A DNA stretch of 63,291 bases, counting the filler, from Bigelowiella natans CCMP2755 (lineage: Eukaryota; Protista; Cercozoa), in assembly GCA_000320545.1 (NCBI GenBank). It is 5 parts of 5 records of this genome, joined end to end, with 100 filler letters (N's around TTAATTAATTAA, not from the genome) between each part and the next. Parts side by side here need not be neighbours in the genome. Positions count along the whole stretch, not along the records: positions 21,417 to 48,721 come from ADNK01002740.1; positions 48,822 to 62,126 come from ADNK01003267.1; 3 more parts are not named here. The stretch is one strand, 5' to 3'. Both the position numbers and the translations under genes were made by a program. Positions 37,237 through 50,773 of the stretch are shown one piece after another. Positions within the stretch are counted from its first letter, which is position 1, and each line of letters begins with the position of its first letter. The notes below the pieces were generated by a model. That model saw only the letters and a list, made by a program, of their open reading frames with translations. It searched no databases and had not been told where the DNA came from.

Positions 37237-40200
37237 CTAGCCAACAAAGGATTGGTCAGAGGAATTCGAACCGTTGCCTTTTTCCTCGAGCGTTTTCAGC
37301 TCCCCACCTTCGCTCCCTTTTGCCAGTAGCGCAAGAGACGAATGGCGGGTTCCACGCGTCCTCACACGCCCTTTCTCTTTCACTAAAGCATGGGGAGTTC
37401 GTGGCCAGCGTGAAGAGCTCATCGCTGATTCTCCACCGGTTTGGTGCGTACGCCTCGTTGGATTTACAGAGGTACTAGTACTTCCAGGATGTGGAAGGTT
37501 AAGCGTAGTAACCCTCCCTTCGCTGTAATCCCGCGCTGAGGCCAATTCACTATCCTCTCCGAGCCCTAGACTATTCTCGCTGACGTAGGCTGCAGAGTCC
37601 AGCAGCATATCTCTCCGACCATTCTTATTTCCCATGTCTCCGGTTGAGGAAGAAGCTGCTGGGAAGGAAGAACCGAGCGCTGGAAGTCGAGGAACGGAGT
37701 AATTTAGCTCCGCCACCGAGCGTGGGTTGGTGTTTACCACACGCGCAAAGTGGCCTCGGGAGGCAGCCGATCCTCCTGCTCTACCGCCGTTTCCACCCCG
37801 AAGGCTGTTCATCTTGGTCACCTGGTCGAGAATGAACTCTTTCACGTTTTCGTTGTCGTTGAAAGCGATTTCAAACGAGTTGTGCAGCGCGTGCGCCATC
37901 TTCAGCGCCTTCTCGCAGTCCTTTCCGTTATAAACCACTGTATTATGGACTCGGACAGCGCGCCATCCGACCTTTATTCCGAGTTTCTTACCAGCTGGGA
38001 ATACGTGCTTCACCCTCCCGCCTATATCCAGCTCGCAAGTCTCCTCGTCCGAAGGCACAACCATAACGATTCTTTCATCACGCCCCAGGCCAGCATGTTC
38101 TACCTTGCTGTTGGAGGACCCCGCGCATACACACGCGCAACACGGCATAATCAGAAGGAACTCGATCATCGAGATAGTTCCCATCCGGAAGAAGAAGTCT
38201 TGGAAGAAACTATACAGACTGGCGGTCACAGCCATCGTTCCAGTGTTTTTGGTGCTCCACGACAAAACTACGAGGAGAAAGCAGCAACCGAGGCCTGCCA
38301 TCACCGCAACCATCATCGTCAGAACGTCGCACAACGACCAGTTGTAGACTCTCATTTTTAGAATGGATTCCTGCCGGACGTACAACCCGAACACTGTATC
38401 CTCACGGTCTGGGTCCTTCAGACTGGGCGCGAAAAGGTTGATCGTCCGGCCCGATCGCGTCCTCCGCACCCCCCCGACAGTCGCATGGGAGCGGAGAAGC
38501 GTTCTCTTCTGGCCAGGGGCTGATGAAGAGCCAGTGGCTTTGGTGTCTCCCTCGAAGCGATGGGGTGCAATCTTGCTGTCCGCAAGAGATGGATGCGATG
38601 CTCGTGAAGAATTCGACTCTGAAGACTCGGAGGGAATACGCGAGTGTTTACTTCCAGCGCCACCACCCCCTTTTCCTCGGTCTCTTGCCGCCCACGCACT
38701 TCCACCGCTACGGCTACTACCGCGTCCCGTTTTGTCTTCTTTGGACGCTCCCATCTTCTCGGCCTTTGCATCGCCCGCACGTTGCCCGAACACACCCCCG
38801 AGAGTCGCTGCGAACATCCTTGAATTCCCACGTTGGAGCGCTCGTCCTAGCTGTGCGAATCTACTTTTTGGCTCTCCATTCTCATCCTCATCGTCGTAGT
38901 TATCGTAGTCATCATCATCATCATCGTCGTCGTCGTCGTCAGCGTTGTGAGCCTCATCACCCTCACCCCCTCCCGCATCGTCATCGTTTAACTGCACCTC
39001 CAAGCCCTCGGGAGCGTCAGTAGAGCCGCCTATCAGACCCAAGAAGAATAGCAAACACGGCATATAGCTCGCCCACACAGGCTGCTTGAACTTGACGGCG
39101 AAGTGCGAAGGTGGTCTGCGGCTTAGAATCATCCCAATTGTGAAAGGGATGGGGAACGAAATGACAAACGCAACAATGGCGACTGCTGCCGGTCCCTGAA
39201 CGAACAAAAGGTGCTGCTCCGTTTCGAGGAGCAAGGCACACACAACAGACGCATTGAGAAGGAGAGTGAAGAGGACGACGAGTCTCTTCTGGGAATTCAC
39301 GAAGTCCCCTGGATGGCGATAAATGAGCGAAATCCACGGATGCTTGCGGCGAAAACTCCACTTCGTTGTCTTCAAGCAAGACCCGTAGCCGCGCTCGTCT
39401 CTAGCATAGATTGCTCGAACCTTCGGTTTGTTTGCAAGAATTAGGCGGGCAATTTTGATGAGGAACACCGATAATAGTGATCTCTACATTGGTCTTTTTT
39501 ATAGGTGGCTACTATCGGTGAGGTAGTTGACGTGGCAGCCATTTTGGCAGCACACGGTGGCGACAAAGGCATGCATGCGCGTGAGGCTTATCGTTCTCCA
39601 TGCGCTGTTTTCAACGAATATTGCAATGAATAATTTTGGTTGGTAGTACCTGATTGTACTGGCGCCAGAAATCGCTCTCCACTCGTTTGTTTGTAATTTG
39701 CTTATCAAAATACCACGCCATGGGGTAGCAAACCAGGAAAATCCCTCCCATGACGAGCACGAACGCCATCATCAAGTTTTTGAATCTAACAAAAAGAGAG
39801 GATTTGGGTACAAGTTAAACGACTGGCTAATACCCGAAACAGAAAATGTCATCGCCTTCTCAAGAAATATCAATGCAACTGGTGTTTCGTTTGTGCAAAA
39901 TTTCACATCAAATCTGAAGGATTCCACATCACTGCCCTCCTTCTTTCTTCTTTTTTGCATGTAGTAAGCACTTACGGGTTGAATGCATCGAAGGTGATAT
40001 CCTCCTCCTCGACGGTCTGAATCTGCACTTTGAATCGCATGCGCGACGAAAACGGCGTAAGGTGGCTACTCGCGCACTCGTAGCTTGCTGGTTGCGTGGC
40101 TGTTGCGTTGACCGCGGACGCAATAACCGTGGCGACGCCGTAAGTAGACCATCCCTCCTCCGCCTCATTCCAAAACACGCACTCGGGGACCCAACTTCCG

Positions 40201-43200
40201 GCTGTCTCAATGCCCGCTGCCCTTGCTGGCAGGGCATCACCTGAAGGAATACCGATACGAATCTTATCGGACGCTGCGCCCCCGCTGCTGCTGAAGTCAA
40301 TGCTCACAGCCTTGCTCGAAGACTTGATCTCGACGATGGAGAGGCCGGCGAAGCGCAAAGTCGCGTTACGCTCAGACTCCGTGGGATATAGAGCATTTCC
40401 TGATATGGACACTAATACAGCTTCGTACGTTGCATTGCCTGTCAGCATTGCAAGAGATGGAAATTTGACGGAGACTTCATCCCCATCGCCATTACCACCA
40501 GAGGCCTTTAGACTCGCTCCTTCGACGCTGGCAGCGGTGAGCTTCTGACCAGAGAGAGATATTGACATCTCTGGCTGGTTGGCCCGCTTCCTCGGAGCGA
40601 TGGCTAGCAGCTTCGGCCGCTCTCCGACTACAGAAGACTCTAATTGCATGGAGACGAGGCTGGAGAACAACGACCCGATGCGCCCTGAAAGTCTCGCGTC
40701 CGCAGAGTTGGAGCTCTCCGTTGCCGCGCCAGCTGCAATAGAACCCCCGTTTGCCAGAGTCGATTGCATAATGTTTCCAAGAGTTCTTGCCGAGGCGGCC
40801 ACTGCAGAATCGACATCCGCCTCCTCATCATCTTCATCGCTGTCACCGCTCTCGCTGCTCTGCTCGGATGAGGGCGTATTTACGAGAACTGTTTCCAATA
40901 TGCTCAGGGCCCTATCCTGCATGTCCGAATCCAGCTCTCCTGGGCGCGAGAAGTCGGTTATTCCTTCCAGCAGCGCCGTGGTGGTCCTCAGAGGAAGCAT
41001 AGGCGACGACGATGATGATGAAGTGGACGCATTGACGATGTTCTTCATAGAATCCAGGAGACTCTCACGTTGCTGGCGAGCCTCGCTCGCGTTGATCTGC
41101 TTCGACCCGGCATCGGAGTTTAAGTACGACGTCACACCAGCAAACAGCGAGGTCACGACTTGCGAGTCTCCCGCCTCGATCTTGCTTTTTATTTCCTGCA
41201 GCTTCTTGCCAACGTTCAAGTTTACAGGCTGGCTCACAGACACGTTAAAGTCAAAGGACGCCGCAGCGTTAAGAGCGTCGACCACCACCGCTCTGATAAG
41301 AGTCATCGTGCCGTTGCCGTTCTGTGCTCCTCCACTATTACTTGCACTGCTGTTACTTCCAGACAGCAATGCCGATTCGGATGTTCCCGGGAGCTGAGTA
41401 TCGAAGAAATCGTAGCCACGTGGCTCACACAAGTCAAAAAACACAGCGGGTGATGACGATGACGATGAAGATACTATACGCCGGAACACGTAGCGGAGAG
41501 GGAGGTCACTCTCGGGGTCTTCCCACCTCGAGCAAGCAAGGCGAAATACTGTTTCCAGTGCCGTTCCTAGCCAGGTGCACAAAAAATGGCAATTATAAAC
41601 AAATCGTGCAAGGCAGCGATGACATCATAATCGTATAGCCCGTCGCCATGCCATCATCATCATCATCATCATCATCACCACCACCATAATCATCATTATC
41701 ATCAAGACGTATTGTGATGACCAGTGTTTTGCGCAACAATACAAAAGGGTGTCTCGCAATTAATTCGCACACCTTTCTCTGGAGAAGACCAACACGACCC
41801 GAGCGCAGGCGCCGAGTTTGTGGCGATTACAATCGACGCGTATCCTTCGGCTTTCGGCCCCGCACCGGTGGTGGGGGTAGAAGTCGCAGTGAGAACAAAT
41901 GTGTACCGACCCCCAGGAGGCAAGGCATGCGGAGCTAGGACGAGTGTTGGTGTGGTGAGCGACGAAGAGAGGATCGCCCCCTGTTCTAATGATGATAGAT
42001 TCAGGCTCGGGCTATGCCACATAAGTGTCGTTGTAGTGGCTGTGTCGCTCGGAGGCGTCGTTACTGTAGCTGAAAACGAGAGCTTACTCCCCGGGTTGAC
42101 CCGCTGCGTAGATGCCAACCCAGCGGCACCTTGAATAGACACGTCTGGAATTGGGAGATCGGTGGTTTCTATTCTCTGTCTGGCCGCGTCAGTGCGGAGG
42201 ATTCCAGTAGCGTTGCTCCCCACAACGACTATGATCGAGTAGTTGCGTTTCGCCTCGAAGAATTGACGGGTTGCGAGCTCGATCTCCTTCGTATCCCCGA
42301 GGACCTGCGAGCCCGCAGTCTGAGAAGCGTTGAACGTGGCGAGGACGAGGTCTTTCGAATCTCCAGGCACCAAGTACCACTTGTAGGTCAGGGGGGCCGA
42401 AGGAAAGGCCACGTCCTTACTTCCGGCAGCGCTTAATTTCAATTTCGGCGAAGAATTCCTCGCGACTATGCCGGGGTTAGAAGAAGTTGGAACATGGACC
42501 CTCTTCCATCCTCCCCCCCCCCCAACCGTGGCGCGCACAGGCTCGTCCTCGACGGAGACGGTTACCCATATAGTCTTGAATCCTGCGACCTGCCCGGACG
42601 CCCTGTGGGTACTGTACACGTACAATCTAAAGCGATAAACCGTCGCCCCAGCTTTCATGGACAGAGAGAACGCAGGGAGCGAGAGGTAGAGCGCCCGCGG
42701 GGAGGGAATGAGCACAGAATCGGGGCCGCTAACTTGCGTCCAGACCTGAAGGGAAGGCGACAAAGGGTGAGGAATTGGGGTGACAATGAAGAGGTCGGAC
42801 GAATTACCCCAACCACTACATCACTTTCTAGGTTACACCGATCTCTTCTCTGCCAACCCTTCTCGCTCACCAATAACCCAACTAGGCGCCAGCTAACGCT
42901 ATACACTCAGAAAGAGTCAACCGACCTGGGAGATGGAGAAAAAGTCGCTCATATCCGTGCTGCCGCATTTGGCCAGAGAAACTTGGACTGGGATACTCAG
43001 GGGGCGGCTCCTCTTCGCCGTTACGAATTCGGAGCCGGGAAGCGAAACCACCGGCTCGATTTTGGTAGTTCGCAGCACCTTTTGCGAGAATACCGCGCGC
43101 GCGCCCAGCCAGCTGGTGACACTCACATTGAAGAAGTAGCGGTATCCGTTGACCATGCTCTCAACGCTGATCGCTAGGGCCGGGGAATTAGCTTCGGAGG

Positions 43201-43454
43201 CAGTGGCCGCAATAGCGTCGTAGGCATTTTTGAGTGATGGTGTGGCTGGAAGTGGCAGAGCATGCGAAAATTTCCATGCGTATTGCAGCTCCTTCCCCGC
43301 ACTTCCAGAGGACACAGAAACGCGAAACTCCGCATTTTTCTGGCACAACCCCACTTTCGTCGGCCCAGCTATTGCGCCGCTGATCGAGGAAAAGAAGGTG
43401 AGCATTGAAACTCCATAGGAAAAAATAATCAAGAGAAAGTTAGAGAAAGGACTA

Positions 43455-43502
<48 letters not shown>

Positions 43503-44048
43503 TGTATTTAAGCAATGCCAATTGCTTTCAAGTTCCGCTACTATGACGACGGCGAACTACGACGATCATGTCAACGTACATTATTTGGGGGATGTTTTCT
43601 GGTCGAATTCGGAGCTGAATGGCATGCTCGGGAGCCCGCGGTACTAACGAAATGTCACTGGCAGCAGCAATATCGCTAGCTGCGGCAACTACACCAGCCC
43701 TGATCGTGATTGGGTCTCCCAGGGACACGGTGAATTTGTTCCCCGGGGTGACTGTGAGAGAGAGGTCGCTGCTCCAGGTGCAGATTGGGTTCTGGCCGAG
43801 AAGAGCTACCGTTTCATCCGCCAGGACCGTCGCGCAGGAGGAAAGGGCCGGCTGGTTAGTCCTCCGATGAAAAATTACCCGGATTCGCGTTGCCCAGTCA
43901 ACAAGAGTAGCAGCTATCGCGGATGGCGTGTCCATTGTGGGGGCACGTGTCTGTGGGCTCCAAGTCGGCGTGGCAGTCGTCGGCATATCCGTTGGCGCGA
44001 GCGAGCTAAGTAGCAAAGGATATCGGACAAGGAGAACAGCTCATTTGA

Positions 44049-44090
<42 letters not shown>

Positions 44091-46892
44091 TTTATTTTGT
44101 GGGCTGTCAAGATTGCACCGAAAATCCTAAGCTCTGTATGATAGAGTATGCAACCTCAAAAGACATAACATCTTGCTTTGAAGCTTAAAATTGTATACGC
44201 ACAAAGCTGCTGCGATACCATCAGCACGAACACATAAGTCCCCCCCTCACCTTGGTGCGCCGGTTGATGGTGTAGCCGTCGGACTTGCGCTAGAGGGCGA
44301 TATTGACGGGGCAAAGGTTTGAGGGGAAAGAGTCGGTGCCATTGTGACAGGGCTCAATGATGTCGGCGATGATGAAGAAGGGCTAGAACTTGTGGGGGTT
44401 CCCGTCAAGGGACTTAAAGTACTGGGAGATTGAGTGGTAGGCATCATCGTTGTTGGAGTGCTCGTCGCTTTGGCGCGAACTTGAATGAGACGTTTCGTAT
44501 CCCAACCCGCAACCTGTTTTTTATCAGGTCCGAAGAAAATAGGTGTGGGTTGAAGAGGGGGTGAGGGGGGAGGGGGGGCGATGGAGGGGTAAGGAGTGAA
44601 ACATGGACATTCCATTCATTGAAATCAAGAATAAAATACACTTATTAATACTTTTCGGATGCCAGAACTACACAGTTTTCTACTGCTATTACAATTACCA
44701 AAAGGGTATTAGTTGTTTGCTCGGGGTCACGGTCGATGCCGAAGAGTCGATCGTTTTGCGTTTTGTACGCAGTCACAACGTGGTTGTTGTTAATATCAAT
44801 CGCACGAAGATGCAGATCTCCCCCAACGTACCTATACCATTTACCAGAAACACCACATCCTCAAAATTCGCAGGCATATTGCCGTCAAAAGGCTTCAAAG
44901 GCTCAAGAAACGGAAAGGGTGAAATAGAGCAAAAATGCTTACAATGTCCTTGGCCCGTTACTCTCCTCCGGAATTTCCAAGTACAGATTCCGCGGTAATC
45001 TAAAGGCTGTTGAAGAAGATGCAAGACTTCCATCGATGTTTTTCTCATAGTAATCACGTCCGCCTAACGTTGTGACCATCCCGGCTCCTTCTAGGGAGGA
45101 TAAGTGGATCTTGCGGATTAGAGCCCTACTGTAATCGGCCACATAGAGAATTTCCTTTCGCAAAAAATAGTTTTGAAGAGAACAGTCAGTAATGAGTGCT
45201 ATATCCGCTCAACACGATTCCCTCTGCGCACTACATTTTTTTTAAAAAAGACAATTTCTCAATATCCACCCCTCCCAATTGACTACCTGCGACGGCGAAG
45301 CAAAGGAATCCGCGGCGATTCCTAAAGGGCCATGGAAGCTTGCAGAGAGGGGGCGCCCATCCCGCACGCCGTAATGGCCGCTTCCTGCCACTGTGGTCAC
45401 CTCCAGCGTTTCCAAATTGGTTTTCCGAACAAGGCTATTTCCCCTATCTACGATGAACAGGAGAGCTGCGCCTCCGCTGCTGCTAGCATTGGCAACAAGG
45501 GCAAGCCCCCAAGGATAATAAAATCGAGCTTTGGTCCCTATCCCATCGGTTCCGAAATCTCGTTTGTCTCCAGTTCCGAGTACAGTGGTCGCAATACTCG
45601 ATTCAAGATCCAGCTTCCGGATGCAATGGCTGTTGTATGCAGACGCAAAGACAACTACCTTGTCCCCCCCTGCCGCGCGATACGGGGCTAAATCTACCAC
45701 CCGGTCGAGCGTCGCGGAAGTGAAAGCTCCGTCTTTTTCCCCTCTATCTTTCTTTCCTACGACAACTGTGACGTTGTTGGTTGGCGATACTTCCAGGATT
45801 CGGGTGTCGGCGCACACGAATGTCCTCCACCCGCCCCCCCCGGATAGCAATGGATCATAGAATTTCTTCACGCATTCAGGGCTGTAAGGAATCGAAGCCA
45901 TGTAATATGGTGTTAGCGTCTCTGCAAAGGTCTGTGAAATTGCGTAAGTTGTCACTGTCGGTGCTAACGTTGATGTCGGCTCTGACGTCGGAGTGGAGGT
46001 GTATGTTGGCGATGCTGTGCCCCCCCCCATCTTGCGTACTATATGCTTGAACCATATATCCCCAGATATAGCACCGAGAGTAAGGATCTCTCTCCCAGGT
46101 CCTCCGCGCGTGAGCCATACACAGGTTGCATGGCCACCGATGTTATTGGCTACCGTGCGCACCGAATTCTCCGGCGGGCAAGTCGGGCAGCGAGGGGGGG
46201 CGCGCTCGATGGAGCGAATCTTTTTGTTGTGTCTATCCGCGACGTAGATTACCTTGCGGCCTCGGAAGTAGTCGACCGCTACATTCCAGGGATGATAAAA
46301 CAGAGATGTGTGTACAGATCCATCCACTGCTCCACCATAGGACTTGTGCGTGAGGCTCTGCACCTCGTTGCTCTCCAAGTTGATGATCCGAATCCTGTGA
46401 TAGGAATGACTGACCGCGTATATTAGTCGCGTGCCCGGCTCAGGATCTCTCGCCAGGCCAGTGACATGGCCGAAAAGAGCCGACGAGAAGGGGCCATCCC
46501 GGGCAGTGAAGAGCCCTCCTCCCGTGACGGTCGTCACCACGCTGTTTGAGAGATTCACCAGCCGGAGATTGAGGTAGAAGTAATCAAAGACGTAGATAAG
46601 TGGAGATTGGTGAGATGCCAAGTCTGCTTCTCCCCCCCCCGCTTGTTTTTCGTGAGGGAGAATGACGAGAGAGCGTAGGTGACCGAAGGTTGCAGAACTT
46701 AGTGCTCCGTCGCGAGGGAAAGGGCCGAAATCGTGCCGTCCTGCGATGGTGACAACCTCATTGTTAGATAAGTTCAGTCGTCGGATTCTCGGGTGGCCCG
46801 ACTCGGTCACGTATCTGTTTTTGCAGGAGAGGGGGGGATGGAGAAGGAGGGCAGTGAGGAGGAGGGAAAGACTTGAATCTTTTGTCATCACA

Positions 46893-46925
<33 letters not shown>

Positions 46926-48620
46926 TCGATAAAAATGTTGATGAGAGCGATAGCGCAGGTGACTGGGAGGCAGTCAGCGAGCAGGTGTATGCTTCACAAC
47001 AACGTGATGGCTGTACTAATGAAGATGGTAGCGACGGTGATGGGAATAATGACAAACAATGAGCGATAGATGGAGTGGCAGGTACAGCGAAAAAGAAACA
47101 CAAAAGCAATAAAGTTGGACGACGAATGGACGTGCTGTTACAGAGTGGGCCTGCCGTTTTGCATCCTGTAGCTGTTGTTGTCAACCGCCATTCCTAGTAT
47201 AGTGCGGTATCTAGCCGAGCTAAGGCTCCCATCGCGATCAGAGTGGTGTCTCCAATTTCCGGAAATGGATTTCAATGGGTCGAGAAGGTAAACCGAACAC
47301 TTGACTGCAAAGTATACCTGGGATATTGGCAAAGAAGAGAATGTTTGAAGACGTGTCTCTCAGAGTGCAGAGAATGACGTGTCGTGTAGCTATGCATTCT
47401 TCTACCTCATCGGCCTTGCTCCCACCAGGCTTGCCAGTTACGACAACGTAGGTTCTGTCCACGCTCCGAAGAAAAACGTCAGTCCTCACTTCGCTCTTGT
47501 CGAGCAAAATGGGAGGAGTAACCGTCGGCGAAGAAGACCCAGAAAGGCTCCCGTTCGTGGTGGTATTGCTATGAGTCATCACAACAGTGGGGGCAAACGT
47601 CGGAGCTCTGGAGGGCATTTCCGTTGGAGGGTCTTGAGTCTTGTCGCGAACGGATAGCATCCATTTGTTAGAGCTGCTAAAGAAGATCTTAAATGGAGGG
47701 ATGGCAGATGTCGTCGTTTCCGTCAGGGCTATGCCAACGGCCTCCGTCCGTGAGACATGTTTCACTTTATACGTAGCGCCATTCCTAGTGTCTATCGCGC
47801 GTACTACGTGACTTCTTCGATCCCCAACGTATAAGGTCTGCACAAAGGGTGCGCAAGAGTAAGATGGGGACAAATAATAACTCTCTCCCGCCTCCTTCTC
47901 TCTCTCTCCCTCTCCTTTTTTTTTTACCCATTAAAAACTTAGCCCTCGTGAAAACCTTTTTTTCCTCCCCCCCCCCCCCCCCCTTCTCCCTTCATTTCCT
48001 GTATTCAATACATACCGGCTTCGACGGATTGCGCTCATCAAGTTTGATCTGCTCAGGATAGTTGAAGCGTGCGCTGCTCCCTATCCCTTCCTTGTAGGCG
48101 TTTGTATTGCATTTTCCGGCCAAAGTCGTGACCTCCCAGCTTCCCTCTACTCTTTCGACTTTCCGCACGCAAGAGTACTCCGTGATGTAAAAGGCGTCTG
48201 TGAGCATGCTAGCGGCGACATATCTGGAAACAGAAAAATCGTTATGAATAAGTCGAATACTCCACAATTCAGGGTACACGTTTTGTATGTCTAATATATA
48301 TTGCCTTAGCGATGCGAAGCGCGCAATGGAAGCGGGCCCGTCCACGACACCGTAGAGTCCACTTCCCGCCACCGAATCCTGATGTTTATTGCGAACGTTT
48401 CATTAACCCCTCTAGAGCCTTATTCGTGCATGTGAAGCTTCAAAAATTTAACGTGTTGCTTCCACAGCCCTTGTGTGCTATTATCCTCTTTTACTACAGG
48501 CATGAATGTGTCAAAACTATTCCATGTAACACAGCAGCTACCACTGCTAAGGTTGACAACGACCACTACTATTACTACTACTATTACTATTCTCCTATAA
48601 GGAATACGATTCTTACAATG
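37237..48620 (-). CDS. Polycystin-1-like membrane protein: NHL repeats, Pro/Thr/Ser stalks, REJ module, GAIN/GPS, several TM segments, PDZ-like segment (multi-exon, 5' end truncated or uncertain)
   Basis: NHL repeats (VTTVAGSGHYGVRDG...SASFHGPLGIA; KARFYYPWGLAL). REJ-like ATNSAPALGSCWSSPEKG..ALETVFRLACSRWEDPESDLPLRYVF. GPS ECVFWNEAEEGWSTYG...YECASSHLTPFS. PKD1-like KHPWISLIYRHPGDFVNSQKRLVVLFTLLL. Stop at 37237. Confidence 0.8.
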
Positions 48621-48721
48621 GTGTCAGTGGTGAGGTTGAGAGCACGCAGTTTGTAATTATATCGATCGAGGAAATAGAGCGTGTTGCTTCTGGGAACTAA
48701 AGCGAGGCCTAGAATATTATT

Positions 48722-48821
48722 NNNNNNNNNNNNNNNNNNNNNNNNNNNNNNNNNNNNNNNNNNNNTTAATTAATTAANNNNNNNNNNNNNNNNNNNNNNN
48801 NNNNNNNNNNNNNNNNNNNNN
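48722..48821. other. Artificial contig-joining spacer
   Basis: N-run with central TTAATTAATTAA. Confidence 0.95.
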
Positions 48822-48849
48822 CAAGGGCCAACCGAATCCGAAGGAATTT

Positions 48850-49675
48850 GAGTATCTCTATGCATTCACGATATATTTCCCTTGCGGTTTTGCCAGGTCG
48901 TGCAGTGGTGTCAGGCCCAGGGCGTCCACCGCAATCAAAGGTGCTGCTGATTTGCCCGCGCGCTCTCTCACACTACTCGCAACCGTCATGGGAATTAATA
49001 GTAGCATTAGAATTAGTGGTGGAAGTAGTAGTGGTGGAAGTAGTAGCAATGTGTTCGTGTTTGAAAGAGGTCGGTGCCTAAGCTGTCATGTCCTCCTTTT
49101 TGATGCTACCCGTGCATGGGTCCTCTATCTCTCGCCTTAGGGTATCTTATCTGTGCTGCCTCTCGTGCTGCTGTTCTGCTTTTGTAGACTACTACTTCTA
49201 CTACTACTACTACTACTAATACTACTAATACTACTGCTCCTCATTGCGGCAGCCGCATATATAACCCTCATCCTCTCTCTCTGCCTTCTCTTCTTAGTGC
49301 CATCGACTATATCTCGGAGAGGCTTGCTCGGCCCATTTACACCCGCCTCAATCGCACGGCGGAGGAGGTATTTTCGAAATTTCCGGGAGAGGCTAGGGTG
49401 AGGGGGGGAGCAGGGAAGGGCAGTGTTGTGAGGCCAGCACGAACTCACGAGTTGATACTCCCCCATGCATGTGAATAGGATGGCAGTCAAGAGCTCAAGA
49501 TCGGTGCAACGACGGTTGCTGACTCTGCCAAGTTGTTGGTGAGGCGGCAGTATCAATCGGAGCAGCAGGAGCAGCAGCAGCGTTTAGCATCTTCTGACGA
49601 GCTCGAAACGTTTGGCATGCCTCCAGAAGATGCATCGCGTGCTCGGCTTCGGTCTGGCTTCTTCAAAAACATCAT
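48850..49675 (-). CDS. 5' part of an uncharacterised multi-exon gene
   Basis: Segments MMFLKKPDRSRARDASSGG..., LGRVSNRRCTDLELLTAILFTCMGEYQ, KFRKYLLRRAIEAGVNGPSKPLRDIVDG. Confidence 0.4.
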
Positions 49676-49720
49676 AGACGACAATAGCAACGACGAATAG
49701 TAGTCCAAGCAAGGACGTAC

Positions 49721-49756
<36 letters not shown>

Positions 49757-49799
49757 AGTCTGAAAAGTAATGAGTCTAGAAGTGCGGCTATAGTGCTGC

Positions 49800-50660
49800 A
49801 CAGCCATTGCAGCATGGCAGTGTGCGGTACGACACCCGTTACGATCGTTTGCAGAGCGCATAGATCGTTTGCATGATGACAGCCCGCTACGCAGCCATCA
49901 TGTGCGAATATGCCATGCACATATCGCATTTAAGGCATTGCTATTAGATTACCTCTTTGTGACGACTACATTTATCATTGTGATACGTTTGCAACGAACC
50001 GAGTGACCCGTCTAGCCGTACGTGCGCGGCGTATGCAATCATGGAGACGGCCAAAGTAGGGGCGACGCTAGCAAATGTAAGACGGATGCATAATGAATCA
50101 ATCAAATTTGTTCAATGGTCATCCTCATGCTACGTAGTTGTCTAGCTGTGCAATGCCAGCGGCTACGTACAGCGCTAATTTTGAATCTGTTGGCTTCCGC
50201 TGCTGATGTGTTTCATGCGCAAATGTGTAATGCCTAGCAGCAAGTGCAGGTGCTTGTGCATGTACGTAACACAACCAGACACGCGCATGCAACTGCAACC
50301 ATAGCAATGAGCATTAGCGTAGCACGTACTAGCGCATGATAATAGACACAGTAATAGACACATATGACCATTGTGTAAACATCTAATTATTTCATTACAT
50401 CCGTCGTCTCATGCATGCTAGCATGTGTACACAGCTAGATAGAGGTCTGCATCATCGTCCTGATGACATGGATGCTTTTACTAGTTTAATTGCATGAAGC
50501 ACACGGTGGCTAACACAAACCGACACAACATGTATGAGCGCTGTAGCCGCTGCTCTGTGTAGCTACACTACATTAGCTAGCTATAGGATGACCATTGAAA
50601 ATATTTAATTATTTCATTACATCCGTCTCATATATACACGCTGCATGTGCATCATGACAC
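49800..50660. other. Partially TpA-depleted island with footprints
   Basis: ccgt-CTAG-ccgt 50008-50019, catg-CTAG-catg 50414-50425, ttta-CTAG-ttta 50477-50488, plus single-mismatch cases. Many TA still present. Confidence 0.6.
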
Positions 50661-50773
50661 TTGCAAATTCGAGCTAAGACCTTCTGCGCATCTCATATAT
50701 ATTAGGTTCCCGCATGCTCATATCGTAGCAAGGAGAAAAGAGCGTGTTCACCCAGCAAAACATTCACGCATCA

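Noticed and set aside
40579-41397. Long plus-strand ORFs antisense to real genes (also 53295-53834 in an alternative frame, and 58726-59391)
   Set aside because: Shadow ORFs of GC-rich or low-complexity coding sequence.
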